This document shows, piece after piece, positions 27,814 to 36,555 of a stretch of 64,000 nt of DNA; the first letter of the stretch is position 1, and each line of letters starts with the position of its first letter. This DNA is from a virus. The stretch spans positions 3,686-67,685 of the IMG/VR virus record IMGVR_UViG_3300045988_136686. One strand, given 5' to 3'. The translations under genes were made by a program, and so were the position numbers. The notes under the pieces were generated by a model. It did not search any database, was not told where the DNA came from, and saw nothing but the letters and a program-made list of their open reading frames with translations.

Positions 27814-28023
27814 TTAATTTGTGGTTTCAGTGATTGAAAATGCCCACCCGTTCAGGGTCTTGTGCTTGTCAATCTCACCGGTTTTGCATAGCTCGTTTAT
27901 CTCAGATTTGAGTGACCGTATAACCACCGACTGTATTTCGGTAAAGCTCGCTATGGAGGGCTCCTTGTTATTCTTTTTCTTTTCCTCGATAATGGAGGAT
28001 ATAACTTGCTTGGCTATAATCAT
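27814..28023 (-). CDS. hypothetical protein
   Basis: 69 aa ORF. Confidence 0.45.
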   Translation of the reverse strand: MIIAKQVISSIIEEKKKNNKEPSIASFTEIQSVVIRSLKSEINELCKTGEIDKHKTLNGWAFSITETTN

Positions 28024-28036
28024 GGCTATTCTTGTT

Positions 28037-28738
28037 TTAACAATTCTGGGTTATGAGAATACAGCCGGCAGGTACTTGTGCCGGTAAACGTTTTTCAGAT
28101 AGGTTATCATTTGGTCGTAGCTCTTGATAAAGCCCTCGTATAAGGTCGGCGACTTTTCTTTCCAGCTCGTACAATTCCCGCTGTTTCTTTTCTTCGCCGT
28201 ATTGGTTGCGGATATTCCTTTCATGCTCGTTGAACACAATCCAGTTCAACGCTTCGCCTACTTTCTGCATGGCTTGGGGCATGAAGTCTTTCCGAACGAT
28301 CTTTGAAACGGCAGAGCCTAGTTTGTTGTAGGCATCGCCGGCTTCGTTGCGATACTTTATCATCTCGTCATAGACGAATTTCAACACCTTAACCTTAAAC
28401 GACGGGTTAATCCACATTGCAAAATCGATGAACAGTAAGGGTGACATCCAAACAGCCCCTGCCTCTTTGCTCCCGTCTTTGTTAGTTCTCGATTTATTGA
28501 TTATAAGTATTTGATTTATAGGTTTTTCGGAATTCCGAATTTGATCGTCGTCATTTATAAGAGCTTTTATAAACTCTTTTGTCTTACTGTTTTCGAGATA
28601 GTGGTTAACATTTTTCTTGTGGTTGTTGCCTTCGTTCCACTGTTTCAACAATTCGGATGCACAGAAAAATCCGTCTTTGGTACGTTTGGTCACATCTATG
28701 TTACCCATTCGCCTTTTCATCAGTTGGTTCGTTTTCAT
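28037..28738 (-). CDS. KilA-N domain protein
   Basis: 233 aa. DGFFCASELLKQWNE...GAVWMSPLLFIDFAMWINPSFKVKVLKFV fits the KilA-N pattern. Confidence 0.65.
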   Translation of the reverse strand: MKTNQLMKRRMGNIDVTKRTKDGFFCASELLKQWNEGNNHKKNVNHYLENSKTKEFIKALINDDDQIRNSEKPINQILIINKSRTNKDGSKEAGAVWMSPLLFIDFAMWINPSFKVKVLKFVYDEMIKYRNEAGDAYNKLGSAVSKIVRKDFMPQAMQKVGEALNWIVFNEHERNIRNQYGEEKKQRELYELERKVADLIRGLYQELRPNDNLSEKRLPAQVPAGCILITQNC

Positions 28739-29181
28739 AGCGTATTTTTATTTATTGATTTTTGATTGGATAAATTGCAAATACGAAATCCGTGTAGATT
28801 TTCGTTTTCTATGCACCAGCATAACATCTCGTAGGCGGCATCGATAATATCTTCATGTTCGGCAGTGACATAAATGTCTTTATAACAAACCTGTACAAGT
28901 AAATCGAATGTGCATTTTATCATTAAATGGCTTGCATACTCATCAATCATTTGTCTGGGCAACAAATCCAAAATATCCTGCAAAGTGAATGTGGGTGCGG
29001 TTTCTGCCTCCATATTGTCAAATTTGTTTGGGACAATACCAAAAGCTAAACTCCAACAATTTTCCACCTCTTTCCCGTCAATTTTGGTAACTTTAACCCA
29101 ACATGCACTTGCATAGTTTGTATTTAATCCAAGTTCTTGCAAGTGCTTCATCTGCTCTATTGATAATACTTGTTCGCTCAT
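28735..29181 (-). CDS. hypothetical protein
   Basis: Start trimmed to the ATG at 29181 (MSEQVLSIEQ), downstream of the upstream stop. Confidence 0.5.
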   Translation of the reverse strand: MSEQVLSIEQMKHLQELGLNTNYASACWVKVTKIDGKEVENCWSLAFGIVPNKFDNMEAETAPTFTLQDILDLLPRQMIDEYASHLMIKCTFDLLVQVCYKDIYVTAEHEDIIDAAYEMLCWCIENENLHGFRICNLSNQKSINKNTL

Positions 29182-29192
29182 AATACTAAAAT

Positions 29193-29441
29193 TTACATAC
29201 CACAAGAAGGTGAATTTATGATGTTTTCGTTGTGGCAATATGTGCACATAGATGTCATTGGCGAATAAACTCTACCGCATTTAGGGCATATCCAGCCCTG
29301 CATACCGACAAATGTCTGAGCTTTTTCGAGTCTTGTCATCTCAATAGCTTTTAAGGCATCATCTTCTGAAACTCTACGGTATATATGCCCGCCTGCGCAA
29401 TCTTCTACGCTTACCGATTTTAAAAATTCTTCTGCTGTCAT
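29193..29441 (-). CDS. zinc-ribbon protein
   Basis: 82 aa. CPKCGRVYSPMTSMCTYCH. Confidence 0.5.
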   Translation of the reverse strand: MTAEEFLKSVSVEDCAGGHIYRRVSEDDALKAIEMTRLEKAQTFVGMQGWICPKCGRVYSPMTSMCTYCHNENIINSPSCGM

Positions 29442-29442
29442 A

Positions 29443-30006
29443 TCATTTGTTTATTTTAGATTCAACGACTTTGTATTTAATGGGCAATCCGGAGCAGGTG
29501 ATGGCGAGCAGGGCAGAGTCCCTTTCTTCTTGGTTGCTGCGGGGGCTGTTAAACTCTATCCCGCTCATCTGGCACAACCGCTTCAATTCTTCATGGGTGA
29601 TCTTGCCGTCTTTCCCTTGCCAGCACTTGCGCAATGGGGATTGCTCCATGACTTGTATTCCGTAATGCCTCAGCATTTCGACTATCTTGCGACCGGTCTC
29701 TTGGTTACGACCTACATGCTCGCCTTTCTTGGCTGCGCTCGCCCGTGTGTCTTTCGGTGACAAATGCCAGTTGGATTTGTTTTTCCAACCTGCCTCGACA
29801 TATACCGCCACTCGTTCATCGTTTTTATTGCAGTGCTCATGAAGTTTTTTTATGCCCTCTACCAACAAGGGGAATGGGCAAACACTCATCTCCATTTTCA
29901 TTTTCCTTGTGTCCAATACGGAGTAGCCGCTACGCTCCACGTCGGGGTCTATCCCTATCAATACATCGTATTTGAGTTTTCTGTTGTATGTGGCCTGTTC
30001 TTCCAT
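29443..30006 (-). CDS. RuvC-like Holliday junction resolvase
   Basis: Start trimmed to MEEQATY. The VLIGIDPDVERSGYSVLD motif is typical of RNase H-fold resolvases. Confidence 0.5.
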   Translation of the reverse strand: MEEQATYNRKLKYDVLIGIDPDVERSGYSVLDTRKMKMEMSVCPFPLLVEGIKKLHEHCNKNDERVAVYVEAGWKNKSNWHLSPKDTRASAAKKGEHVGRNQETGRKIVEMLRHYGIQVMEQSPLRKCWQGKDGKITHEELKRLCQMSGIEFNSPRSNQEERDSALLAITCSGLPIKYKVVESKINK

Positions 30007-30023
30007 TATATTTTGTCTTTTTA

Positions 30024-31112
30024 TCAGAAAAGTTTCTTTTGTATAGATTCGCATGATTTGTCCGTGAACAGTTTTCGGAATATGTGGAAAAGGACATCTA
30101 CGACGATACTGTTACCTGCCATCACATATTGCCTGCTGTCGCTTATTCCCGCATTTTGAATCTTGTTTATATCCGATTCGCTGACACCCATTAACCGGAA
30201 ACATTCTCTCGGTGTCAGCCTTCTTATCTTTTCCAGACACAGAAAGTTATTTTCCTGCCACGAGTTGCTTGTTATCGCAGGGCATATCGTGTATGTCCCT
30301 CCTTTGTTGAATCCTCTGCTGCGTTGTATTATCTCGGGTTCCGAATATTCCCCCACGATTATCGAATTGTCGGTCGGACTTAATGCTCCGTTAGCTCTCA
30401 GACAATTGGCTGTGCCATCACTTGTTTTAGGCAACCATAAAAAGCCTGTTCCTTTTTTTACGTGAGCGATGTTGTGTCTTATGAAACCTTTTATCATTTT
30501 CTCGCTCAAAAAATACTTTTCGTCCACGTCGCATTCGAGAATGTCCCTCAATCTCTTTTCAATGGGTAAGGGTTCCGGGAAATAATACGATTCCGAGTCT
30601 CGTATCGAAATCATGAATACTCTTTCCCTGTTATGGGGAATGCCGTAGTCTTTCGCATTCAGAACCTTCGTATGGTTCGTGTACCCTAATTGGGAAAGGT
30701 ATTGTTCCCATGCCGATAAAAAACACTTGTATTTCCTTCCGGTAAGGGACTTTACATTTTCCATGAGCAGGTATTTCGGCATCTTGGTCTCTATCGCTTT
30801 CTCGCATTCCCATAACAGGCTGCTGCGTGTCCCGCTGCCTTTCTCCAATCCCGCCTGCTTTCCGGCCGTTGAAATGTCCGTGCAGGGGAAAGAATATGTG
30901 AACAGGTCGAAGTCGGGAACTTTTGCCCAGTCTATATGGCATATATCCCCGAAGTTCCTGTCTCGGTATTGAGGATATACGGCATTATGGGCTTGTATGG
31001 CGTACTTGTCGATTTCCGACCAGCCGACCAGATCGTAACCGATTCCGAGCCGGTCGAGTGCCATGCACTGGCTGTCATATCCGCTGAATGCTGTAAAGAC
31101 TTTTAATTGCAT
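30024..31112 (-). CDS. dcm: DNA (cytosine-5)-methyltransferase
   Basis: Start trimmed to MQLKVFTAFSGYDSQ (motif I). FPCTDIS (PC motif IV), ENVKSL (VI), RRLTPRECFRLMG and GNSIVV (X). Confidence 0.9.
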   Translation of the reverse strand: MQLKVFTAFSGYDSQCMALDRLGIGYDLVGWSEIDKYAIQAHNAVYPQYRDRNFGDICHIDWAKVPDFDLFTYSFPCTDISTAGKQAGLEKGSGTRSSLLWECEKAIETKMPKYLLMENVKSLTGRKYKCFLSAWEQYLSQLGYTNHTKVLNAKDYGIPHNRERVFMISIRDSESYYFPEPLPIEKRLRDILECDVDEKYFLSEKMIKGFIRHNIAHVKKGTGFLWLPKTSDGTANCLRANGALSPTDNSIIVGEYSEPEIIQRSRGFNKGGTYTICPAITSNSWQENNFLCLEKIRRLTPRECFRLMGVSESDINKIQNAGISDSRQYVMAGNSIVVDVLFHIFRKLFTDKSCESIQKKLF

Positions 31113-31127
31113 ATCTTTCTCTTTTTG

Positions 31128-31212
31128 TTCGGCAGGCGGGACTCGAACCCGCAACTGTATATTCGCTCCTTATACTCGACTTATACCGCTCTCCCGTTTG
31201 AACCACTGCCGA
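31128..31212 (-). tRNA. tRNA-like gene, 85 nt, aberrant anticodon arm, isotype unresolved
   Basis: The reverse complement has acceptor TCGGCAG/CTGCCGA, D-arm GTTC-AAACGGGA-GAGC with G18G19, and T-arm GCGGG-TTCGAGT-CCCGC. The 34 nt between position 26 and the T-stem do not give a canonical U33 7-nt loop. Confidence 0.5.
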
Positions 31213-31319
31213 TACCACCTAAAACACTTATGGCTAATTTCTCCCCGCAGTTCCTTTCTCCGTATGGTGCTCGACCACGTACCCGGATCGGCTTGCGGGG
31301 AATGTCTCACATTATGCTC

Positions 31320-31718
31320 CTATATCAGGTCTATGATTTTGGTTTTCACAATTCCGTCCAACCGCATATCGTTAAGGCCTTGTCTCTTGTGTTCTTGCAT
31401 GAGGCGGTTGGCTTCGGTGATATCTTTGGCGCAAACGAGGTTGTAGTACTTCGTTTCCTTTTCATTGCCGTTGTCATCGATGAATATGTCTATCAACGTG
31501 GCTTTGTAGAAGGGCTTGCCTTCTTCCTTCTCGTTGACTATCTCGACGACATTCGAGCGGGTGATAGAGAATACATCGCAATTTCCGTTGTATTGTTCCA
31601 GTCCTTTGGCTTCGGCCTCGGCGAACAGTTCTACATCGGTGATGAAGTGTTCGATGACTTCTTTCATCTCTCCTTTGCTGTTCTCTTTTTCTACTTTCAG
31701 TTTGATTTCGTAAAACAT
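31320..31718 (-). CDS. hypothetical protein
   Basis: 132 aa ORF. Confidence 0.55.
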   Translation of the reverse strand: MFYEIKLKVEKENSKGEMKEVIEHFITDVELFAEAEAKGLEQYNGNCDVFSITRSNVVEIVNEKEEGKPFYKATLIDIFIDDNGNEKETKYYNLVCAKDITEANRLMQEHKRQGLNDMRLDGIVKTKIIDLI

Positions 31719-31735
31719 AATGATTCGTATTTAAT

Positions 31736-32278
31736 CTATATTGATTTTAGCATAATGATTCCGATACTATCGCTGTCTTTGCTTTTAACGAGCAAAGATT
31801 TATTGCCTTCCGAAAGCTGCATATATGCGTACTCAAAATTGAATAGAGCTTTTTCGATCTTGGAGAAGAACGAAGGATCTATCCGTAACTTTGTGATTCC
31901 TTCTGTGCTCTCTTTTAGATGTTCTGAAATTACATTCTCCATTTCAGGGTATTTATAGACTTCGGAGAATGGGTATATAAATTTTTGATTGTCACACAAT
32001 ATACATTCAAACCCCATGTCCGTAACTTGTACCATATCGTAAGAGAGGATAGACTTGTAGGCTTTTGAGCCTATAAACTTACCATCGAGCTTTTCTATTT
32101 CTTCATCGGTGAATGTGGAACATTCGGATAGATTGTTTTTTACCAAGATATGTGTATCGCATGCATAAGCGCAACCATCTTTAAAATGGATATATGAAAA
32201 TACAGGTCTGAAATAGTCGTTTCTGCTGCATGCCAAGTCCATTCTTAGGCATCTGTTGAAATTATGTCTAGTCTTCAT
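31736..32278 (-). CDS. hypothetical protein
   Basis: 180 aa ORF. Only a weak resemblance (RPVFSYIHF...ACDTHIL) to clamp-like proteins, so no function is called. Confidence 0.5.
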   Translation of the reverse strand: MKTRHNFNRCLRMDLACSRNDYFRPVFSYIHFKDGCAYACDTHILVKNNLSECSTFTDEEIEKLDGKFIGSKAYKSILSYDMVQVTDMGFECILCDNQKFIYPFSEVYKYPEMENVISEHLKESTEGITKLRIDPSFFSKIEKALFNFEYAYMQLSEGNKSLLVKSKDSDSIGIIMLKSI

Positions 32279-33158
32279 CGCTTTTATTTTTATCGGTTAA
32301 AACTTCTTTTAACTTGGGATTCCCTGCCACATTCCTGCGGACATCACAGTCACTATCCTTTGCCAGCTCTGTGAGCACATCGACGGGAGTGTTGGAATTC
32401 CCTGCCACAAGACAGCGGATATACCAGTCTCTATCCTTTGCCAACTCCATGAGCACATCGACGGGAGTACTGGGGTTTTCTGCCACACTAACGCGGACAT
32501 CATAGTCGCTATCCTTTGCCAGCTCTGTGAGCACATCGACGGGAGTGTTGGGATTCCTCGCCACAAGACAGCGGATATACCAGTCACTATCCTTTGCCAG
32601 CTCTGTGAGCACATCGACGGGAGTGTTGGAATTCCCTGCCACAAGACAGCGGATATACCAGTCTCTATCCTTTGCCAACTCCATGAGCACATCGACGGGA
32701 GTACTGGGGTTTTCTGCCACACTAACGCGGACATCATAGTCGCTATCCTTTGCCAGCTCTGTGAGCACATCGACGGGAGTGTTGGGATTCCTCGCCACAA
32801 GACAGCGGATATACCAGTCACTATCCTTTGCCAGCTCTGTGAGCACATCGACGGGAGTGTTGGAATTCCCTGCCACAAGACAGCGGATATACCAGTCTCT
32901 ATCCTTTGCCAACTCCATGAGCACATCGACGGGAGTACTGGGGTTTTCTGCCACACTAACGCGGACATCATAGTCGCTATCCTTTGCCAGCTCTGTGAGC
33001 ACATCGACGGGAGTGTTGGGATTCCTCGCCACAAGACAGCGGATATACCAGTCACTATCCTTTGCCAGCTCTGTGAGCACATCGACGGGAGTGTTGGAAT
33101 TCCCTGCCACAAGACAGCGGACAATATAGTCGCTATTTAAGATCTCATTTTTGTCCAT
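32268..33158 (-). CDS. HEAT/LRV-type repeat protein
   Basis: 296 aa built from about ten 26-aa units of the form (W/Y)x(I/V)RxxVAxNxxTPVDVLxELAKDxD. Confidence 0.8.
   Translation of the reverse strand: MDKNEILNSDYIVRCLVAGNSNTPVDVLTELAKDSDWYIRCLVARNPNTPVDVLTELAKDSDYDVRVSVAENPSTPVDVLMELAKDRDWYIRCLVAGNSNTPVDVLTELAKDSDWYIRCLVARNPNTPVDVLTELAKDSDYDVRVSVAENPSTPVDVLMELAKDRDWYIRCLVAGNSNTPVDVLTELAKDSDWYIRCLVARNPNTPVDVLTELAKDSDYDVRVSVAENPSTPVDVLMELAKDRDWYIRCLVAGNSNTPVDVLTELAKDSDCDVRRNVAGNPKLKEVLTDKNKSDED
32348..33120. repeat. tandem repeat, 234-bp unit, about 3.3 copies with no differences seen by eye
   Basis: The unit start CACTATCC recurs at 32351, 32585, 32819 and 33053. Track ORFs 32527.. and 32761.. 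are identical. Confidence 0.9.
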
Positions 33159-33293
33159 TGTATTTCTTATTTAATTGTTTGACTTTATTTCTCATCAATC
33201 TTGCCAGCTCTTTATGCCGGTAGTCGTCGGACTTTTCCAACGCTTTTGCCGATCTTTCCAGCAGGCTGACGATTGACTGTATTTCATAGTCTT

Positions 33294-34016
33294 TCATGAA
33301 TTGATTATTTCATTGACTAATTCATCGGCTTCGCATATCCTTTCGGCTATCTTCTTGAAGATGTTATCATCTGGATATATCCGTCTGATAAACATGGAGG
33401 GCTTCTCGAACGGGTTATATACGATGAAATCGCACCAATCGGCTTCAACGCACATGAGTTCGGACATGATTTGGTAATAGTACTTAGGCTCCGTGGACAG
33501 GAGGGTATCGTTATCCTTTATCTTGTGGAAGTATTTGGCATATGTGGCCGTTCCCACGCTTTTTATCTCGATTATCCCTTTCTCCCGCTTATTCTCATCG
33601 TAATAATATCCGTCGGGGCTGGCTGCGAAATGGGCAATGGTGGGGTGTTTGCATAGTCCTACCTCGACGACACGGCGACCTGTTTTAAGTTCGTATATGC
33701 GCCGGGCATCGGGCTCGTTCTCCGTTCCCCATCGCATTTGCTTGGTCGATATGTCGGTCTGGGTGATATAGTCGGAGAAAAAACCATCGTCGTTTATCAT
33801 AGCCGGGTTGAGCATGCGCTCTCCCGCTACTTGGTAAATATAGTTCATGGCGCATTCTCCGACCCCGTTGCCGCTTCGGTTCGCTTTCATCAGGTCGCCT
33901 ATGCGGCTGCCCGTGAAACAACCGAGGCGTTTCCTGTACCATTCAAGAGTCCTTTGTGCTTCCATCGTCGAACAGTGTCTGTTTAGTTCCTTCCTGATTG
34001 ATTCCCTCTTTGACAC
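33294..34016 (-). CDS. YqaJ-like viral recombinase exonuclease
   Basis: 240 aa. WYRKRLGCFTGSRIGDLM, MRWGTENEPDARRIYE, ASPDG and IIEIKS form a PD-(D/E)xK pattern. Confidence 0.8.
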   Translation of the reverse strand: MSKRESIRKELNRHCSTMEAQRTLEWYRKRLGCFTGSRIGDLMKANRSGNGVGECAMNYIYQVAGERMLNPAMINDDGFFSDYITQTDISTKQMRWGTENEPDARRIYELKTGRRVVEVGLCKHPTIAHFAASPDGYYYDENKREKGIIEIKSVGTATYAKYFHKIKDNDTLLSTEPKYYYQIMSELMCVEADWCDFIVYNPFEKPSMFIRRIYPDDNIFKKIAERICEADELVNEIINS

Positions 34017-34812
34017 CGGCTGCTTCTCCGGCTATATCTTTGAATTTGCTGCTTTTCGTGCCTCGGTATGGCTTCATAATCTCATCTACCGTCGTATCTC
34101 CATCTTTGAGGGATTGATGAATACCGGAAAGAAGGGCAATCTCATTGCTTCGTATCTGGGTGATAGTCTGCTTGCCGCACAATTTTATAATCTCCTCCTC
34201 GGTGATGTTGTACTCGTTCTTGAAGAATTCAATCCATTCTGCTTTTGCTTTTTTGAGTTTGTCGTCGTTTGACAGGTCTCCTGTTATAAAATTCTGCGCT
34301 GACCGATAGACTTTATCCGTTATGCTCTTGGGTATGACCGAAAAAACAGCATTGCGGTAGGCTATTGCGTTGGCCGCATTGCCGGTTACGGTTATCATGT
34401 CGTCGGAATACCGTTTGCCGTACTTGTCGATTATGGACCGTCGAACCTCGAATGCGCTTGCCACATTCGTTTCCAAATCCCACGCCGTACCCCGACTTAT
34501 AATTTGACGATCGGTGATTTGTACGACTTTGGCCTCTGTACGAATGTTCCCCCAATTCGATACGATTATCTTGGCTAGATGGACAGAAGGGCCGGTAATG
34601 GGTTTATTTCCCCGTGGAAGGGCATAACCGCAGGATTGAGCCGTCTCCTTGTCCATTGTCGCCATGACGATGGAGTTATCTATACTCCGCCTAATGTCTC
34701 TCGGATATTGCTTGGCCGTGGCTACTTGCGAATCTACATTTGCCCGTTCGAGGGCGTCTATTTGCATGACTTGTGGCTGTGCTTGAACCTGTAATACTTC
34801 GTACTCTGACAT
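33943..34812 (-). CDS. single-strand annealing protein (RecT/Red-beta-like)
   Basis: 289 aa immediately upstream of, and overlapping, the YqaJ exonuclease gene. The subfamily is not resolved by eye. Confidence 0.5.
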   Translation of the reverse strand: MSEYEVLQVQAQPQVMQIDALERANVDSQVATAKQYPRDIRRSIDNSIVMATMDKETAQSCGYALPRGNKPITGPSVHLAKIIVSNWGNIRTEAKVVQITDRQIISRGTAWDLETNVASAFEVRRSIIDKYGKRYSDDMITVTGNAANAIAYRNAVFSVIPKSITDKVYRSAQNFITGDLSNDDKLKKAKAEWIEFFKNEYNITEEEIIKLCGKQTITQIRSNEIALLSGIHQSLKDGDTTVDEIMKPYRGTKSSKFKDIAGEAAGVKEGINQEGTKQTLFDDGSTKDS

Positions 34813-34911
34813 ATTTTTTTGTTTAAAAGGTTATGTTTCTTTTTATACACCGCATATCCTCCCGGACGGGCGGTGAATATGCTTGATTTATATGGAATTA
34901 TAGCTACTTAT

Positions 34912-35196
34912 TTAATTCATGATTTTTAAAAGTTCATCTCTGGTAATACAGTTGCGTGTGCCGACTTTTTCAGGCTTGGCGTTAATTGCATTCAAACGCT
35001 TCAACAATTCTTTATAAGAACACCCTAATAATTCTGTTGCCTTTCTAACCGGTACATAATCAGGCAAGAACACATCTCCATAGCCTTTCTTTATACCGGA
35101 TATTGCATGGTTAATTACATCTTCCAATTTTCCGAGCAGCATATTGTTTTCATCTCTCACTACCTTGATGATTGTATCTTCTATTCCCATATCCAT
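34912..35196 (-). CDS. small HTH protein
   Basis: Start trimmed to the ATG overlapping the upstream TAA (TAATG). VRKATELLGCSYKELLKRL is HTH-like. Confidence 0.5.
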   Translation of the reverse strand: MDMGIEDTIIKVVRDENNMLLGKLEDVINHAISGIKKGYGDVFLPDYVPVRKATELLGCSYKELLKRLNAINAKPEKVGTRNCITRDELLKIMN

Positions 35197-35573
35197 TAAT
35201 CTTTTAATCGTTTTTCCACTCTCATTGACGCTCTTCCTCTCGCATTCCTCAACCTGCACATATCGCCAGTGTCTCCGAATACCTGCACAACGATGAACAA
35301 CAGGCTGAATAGGATAGAAACCCCGAATTGTCGTATCTTTTTCAAATCGAAAGCCTTTCCCAAGTACCGGCAAATGACATACAGAGTCAATTCACTGCTG
35401 GTCGATATACCTAATTTGAGGTATATGTTTTTCTTCTGCGTCTTGGTCGTCCATACAGACTTCCCCAGATTTTCGGCTACCTCTTTATCTTGAAGCCCCT
35501 TTGCATACTCCTTAGCGACTGCCCATTCTCCGGCAGTCAATATCAGCTCTTTCTCCATACCAATGTCCTCCAT
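35196..35573 (-). CDS. LuxR/GerE-type HTH protein with C-terminal hydrophobic segment
   Basis: LTAGEWAVAKEYAKGLQDKEVAENLGKSVWTTKTQKKNIYLKLGI. Confidence 0.6.
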   Translation of the reverse strand: MEDIGMEKELILTAGEWAVAKEYAKGLQDKEVAENLGKSVWTTKTQKKNIYLKLGISTSSELTLYVICRYLGKAFDLKKIRQFGVSILFSLLFIVVQVFGDTGDMCRLRNARGRASMRVEKRLKD

Positions 35574-35818
35574 TCAGGCATTCCATCGTTCTCCACCGAT
35601 ACTTTACCAACTCCATACTCATGAGAGTTTCCTAGCTGTTTCATGTAAGACTTCAACCGGCGATAAGCACTACATGTCTTAATATCATCATAGAAAGCAT
35701 CTCCAACCTCCATACGAATCATGTATTTACACTTTCCACGTACTCCTTTCGGCTTGGGTATTATCCGCTTTACATCGGCTATGCACCTGAATCCTACTTG
35801 TATTTTCATCGTTTCCAT
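35543..35818 (-). CDS. hypothetical protein
   Basis: 91 aa ORF. Confidence 0.5.
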   Translation of the reverse strand: METMKIQVGFRCIADVKRIIPKPKGVRGKCKYMIRMEVGDAFYDDIKTCSAYRRLKSYMKQLGNSHEYGVGKVSVENDGMPEWRTLVWRKS

Positions 35819-35832
35819 ATTCTTGTTTTTTA

Positions 35833-35879
35833 TATAATAAAAGGAGCCGACCCTATTGTTTTTTTTAGGCTCTGGCTCC
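35833..35879 (-). terminator. intrinsic terminator
   Basis: Minus strand reads GGAGCC...GGCTCC stem followed by TTTTATTAT. Confidence 0.5.
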
Positions 35880-35899
35880 CTCCTCGTAACATTCCCGTG

Positions 35900-36067
35900 T
35901 TAGTTCGTTTTCTCGTCCTGTACACCCGACAAGGCAAATGTCGATAATGCAAAGAAAGCCATGCTTATAATGAGCTGTCCGATACTGGCATTGATGAATG
36001 CTGCTATTACTCCGAAAAAAGAGGCGAACATGAGCAGCAGGCAGATGGCTATAAATAATCTGTACAT
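35900..36067 (-). CDS. small two-TM membrane protein (below track threshold)
   Basis: My translation gives MYRLFIAICLLLMFASFFGVIAAFINASIGQLIISMAFFALSTFALSGVQDEKTN. Confidence 0.45.
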   Translation of the reverse strand: MYRLFIAICLLLMFASFFGVIAAFINASIGQLIISMAFFALSTFALSGVQDEKTN

Positions 36068-36076
36068 ATTCTTGTT

Positions 36077-36418
36077 TTATTCAAATTCAAAGCTGTCATT
36101 AAACTTGCACATTTCTATACCGTCCTCGTCGTACACCTCGACCTCGTATTTCACTTCGATGGATCCGTCTACATAATCGGGTGTGAAATAGTCGCCGTAT
36201 GTAACCGTCGTACCATCGTATGCATCGTATGTTACGTGTACGGGTAATATCTCATCGTCAACCTCTACGTCCAAATCGAGGTCTCCATACATCGATTTGT
36301 CCTCTCCTATCCGCTCGCTCACCACATATTCGAGTTGCTTCTCTACTTCTCGGCGAATCTTGTTGATTGTATAGTCGCTTATCGACAGGCTAACCATTTC
36401 ATATTGCTCCGTTGTCAT
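36077..36418 (-). CDS. acidic hypothetical protein, first gene of leftward early operon
   Basis: 113 aa, rich in D, E and Y. Confidence 0.55.
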   Translation of the reverse strand: MTTEQYEMVSLSISDYTINKIRREVEKQLEYVVSERIGEDKSMYGDLDLDVEVDDEILPVHVTYDAYDGTTVTYGDYFTPDYVDGSIEVKYEVEVYDEDGIEMCKFNDSFEFE

Positions 36419-36488
36419 AGCTTATATTAGGTATTGGTTTAATCTCTGTTTTTATTTATCTTTGTTCTGTTGTTGTGATACAAAAGTA

Positions 36489-36523
36489 ATACTATTTAGT
36501 ATAAAATCAATACCAAATAGTAT
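36489..36523. promoter_or_regulatory. two operator-like 14-bp palindromes in the divergent control region
   Basis: ATACTATTTAGTAT (36489-36502) and ATACCAAATAGTAT (36510-36523), centres 21 bp apart, between divergent genes. Confidence 0.5.
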
Positions 36524-36555
36524 AAAAATATATAGTGTTTAGAATTATTAACAAT

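Noticed and set aside
31128-31212. Amber suppressor tRNA that could explain the in-frame TAGs
   Set aside because: No CTA triplet occurs anywhere in this tRNA-like sequence. In the other tRNA genes no CTA lies in the anticodon loop.
31107-31958. 283-aa plus-strand ORF
   Set aside because: It runs antisense through the tRNA-like gene and two well-formed minus-strand genes. Its sequence is implausible (FLFLF runs).
32348-33120. Possible CRISPR array
   Set aside because: The repeats are directly tandem with no unique spacers, have a 234-bp period, and lie inside a coherent coding frame.
32309-33124. 271-aa alternative-frame ORF and several identical plus-strand ORFs in the repeat region
   Set aside because: These are artefacts of the stop-free 234-bp tandem repeat. 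Only the frame giving the HEAT/LRV consensus and a proper start and stop is credible.
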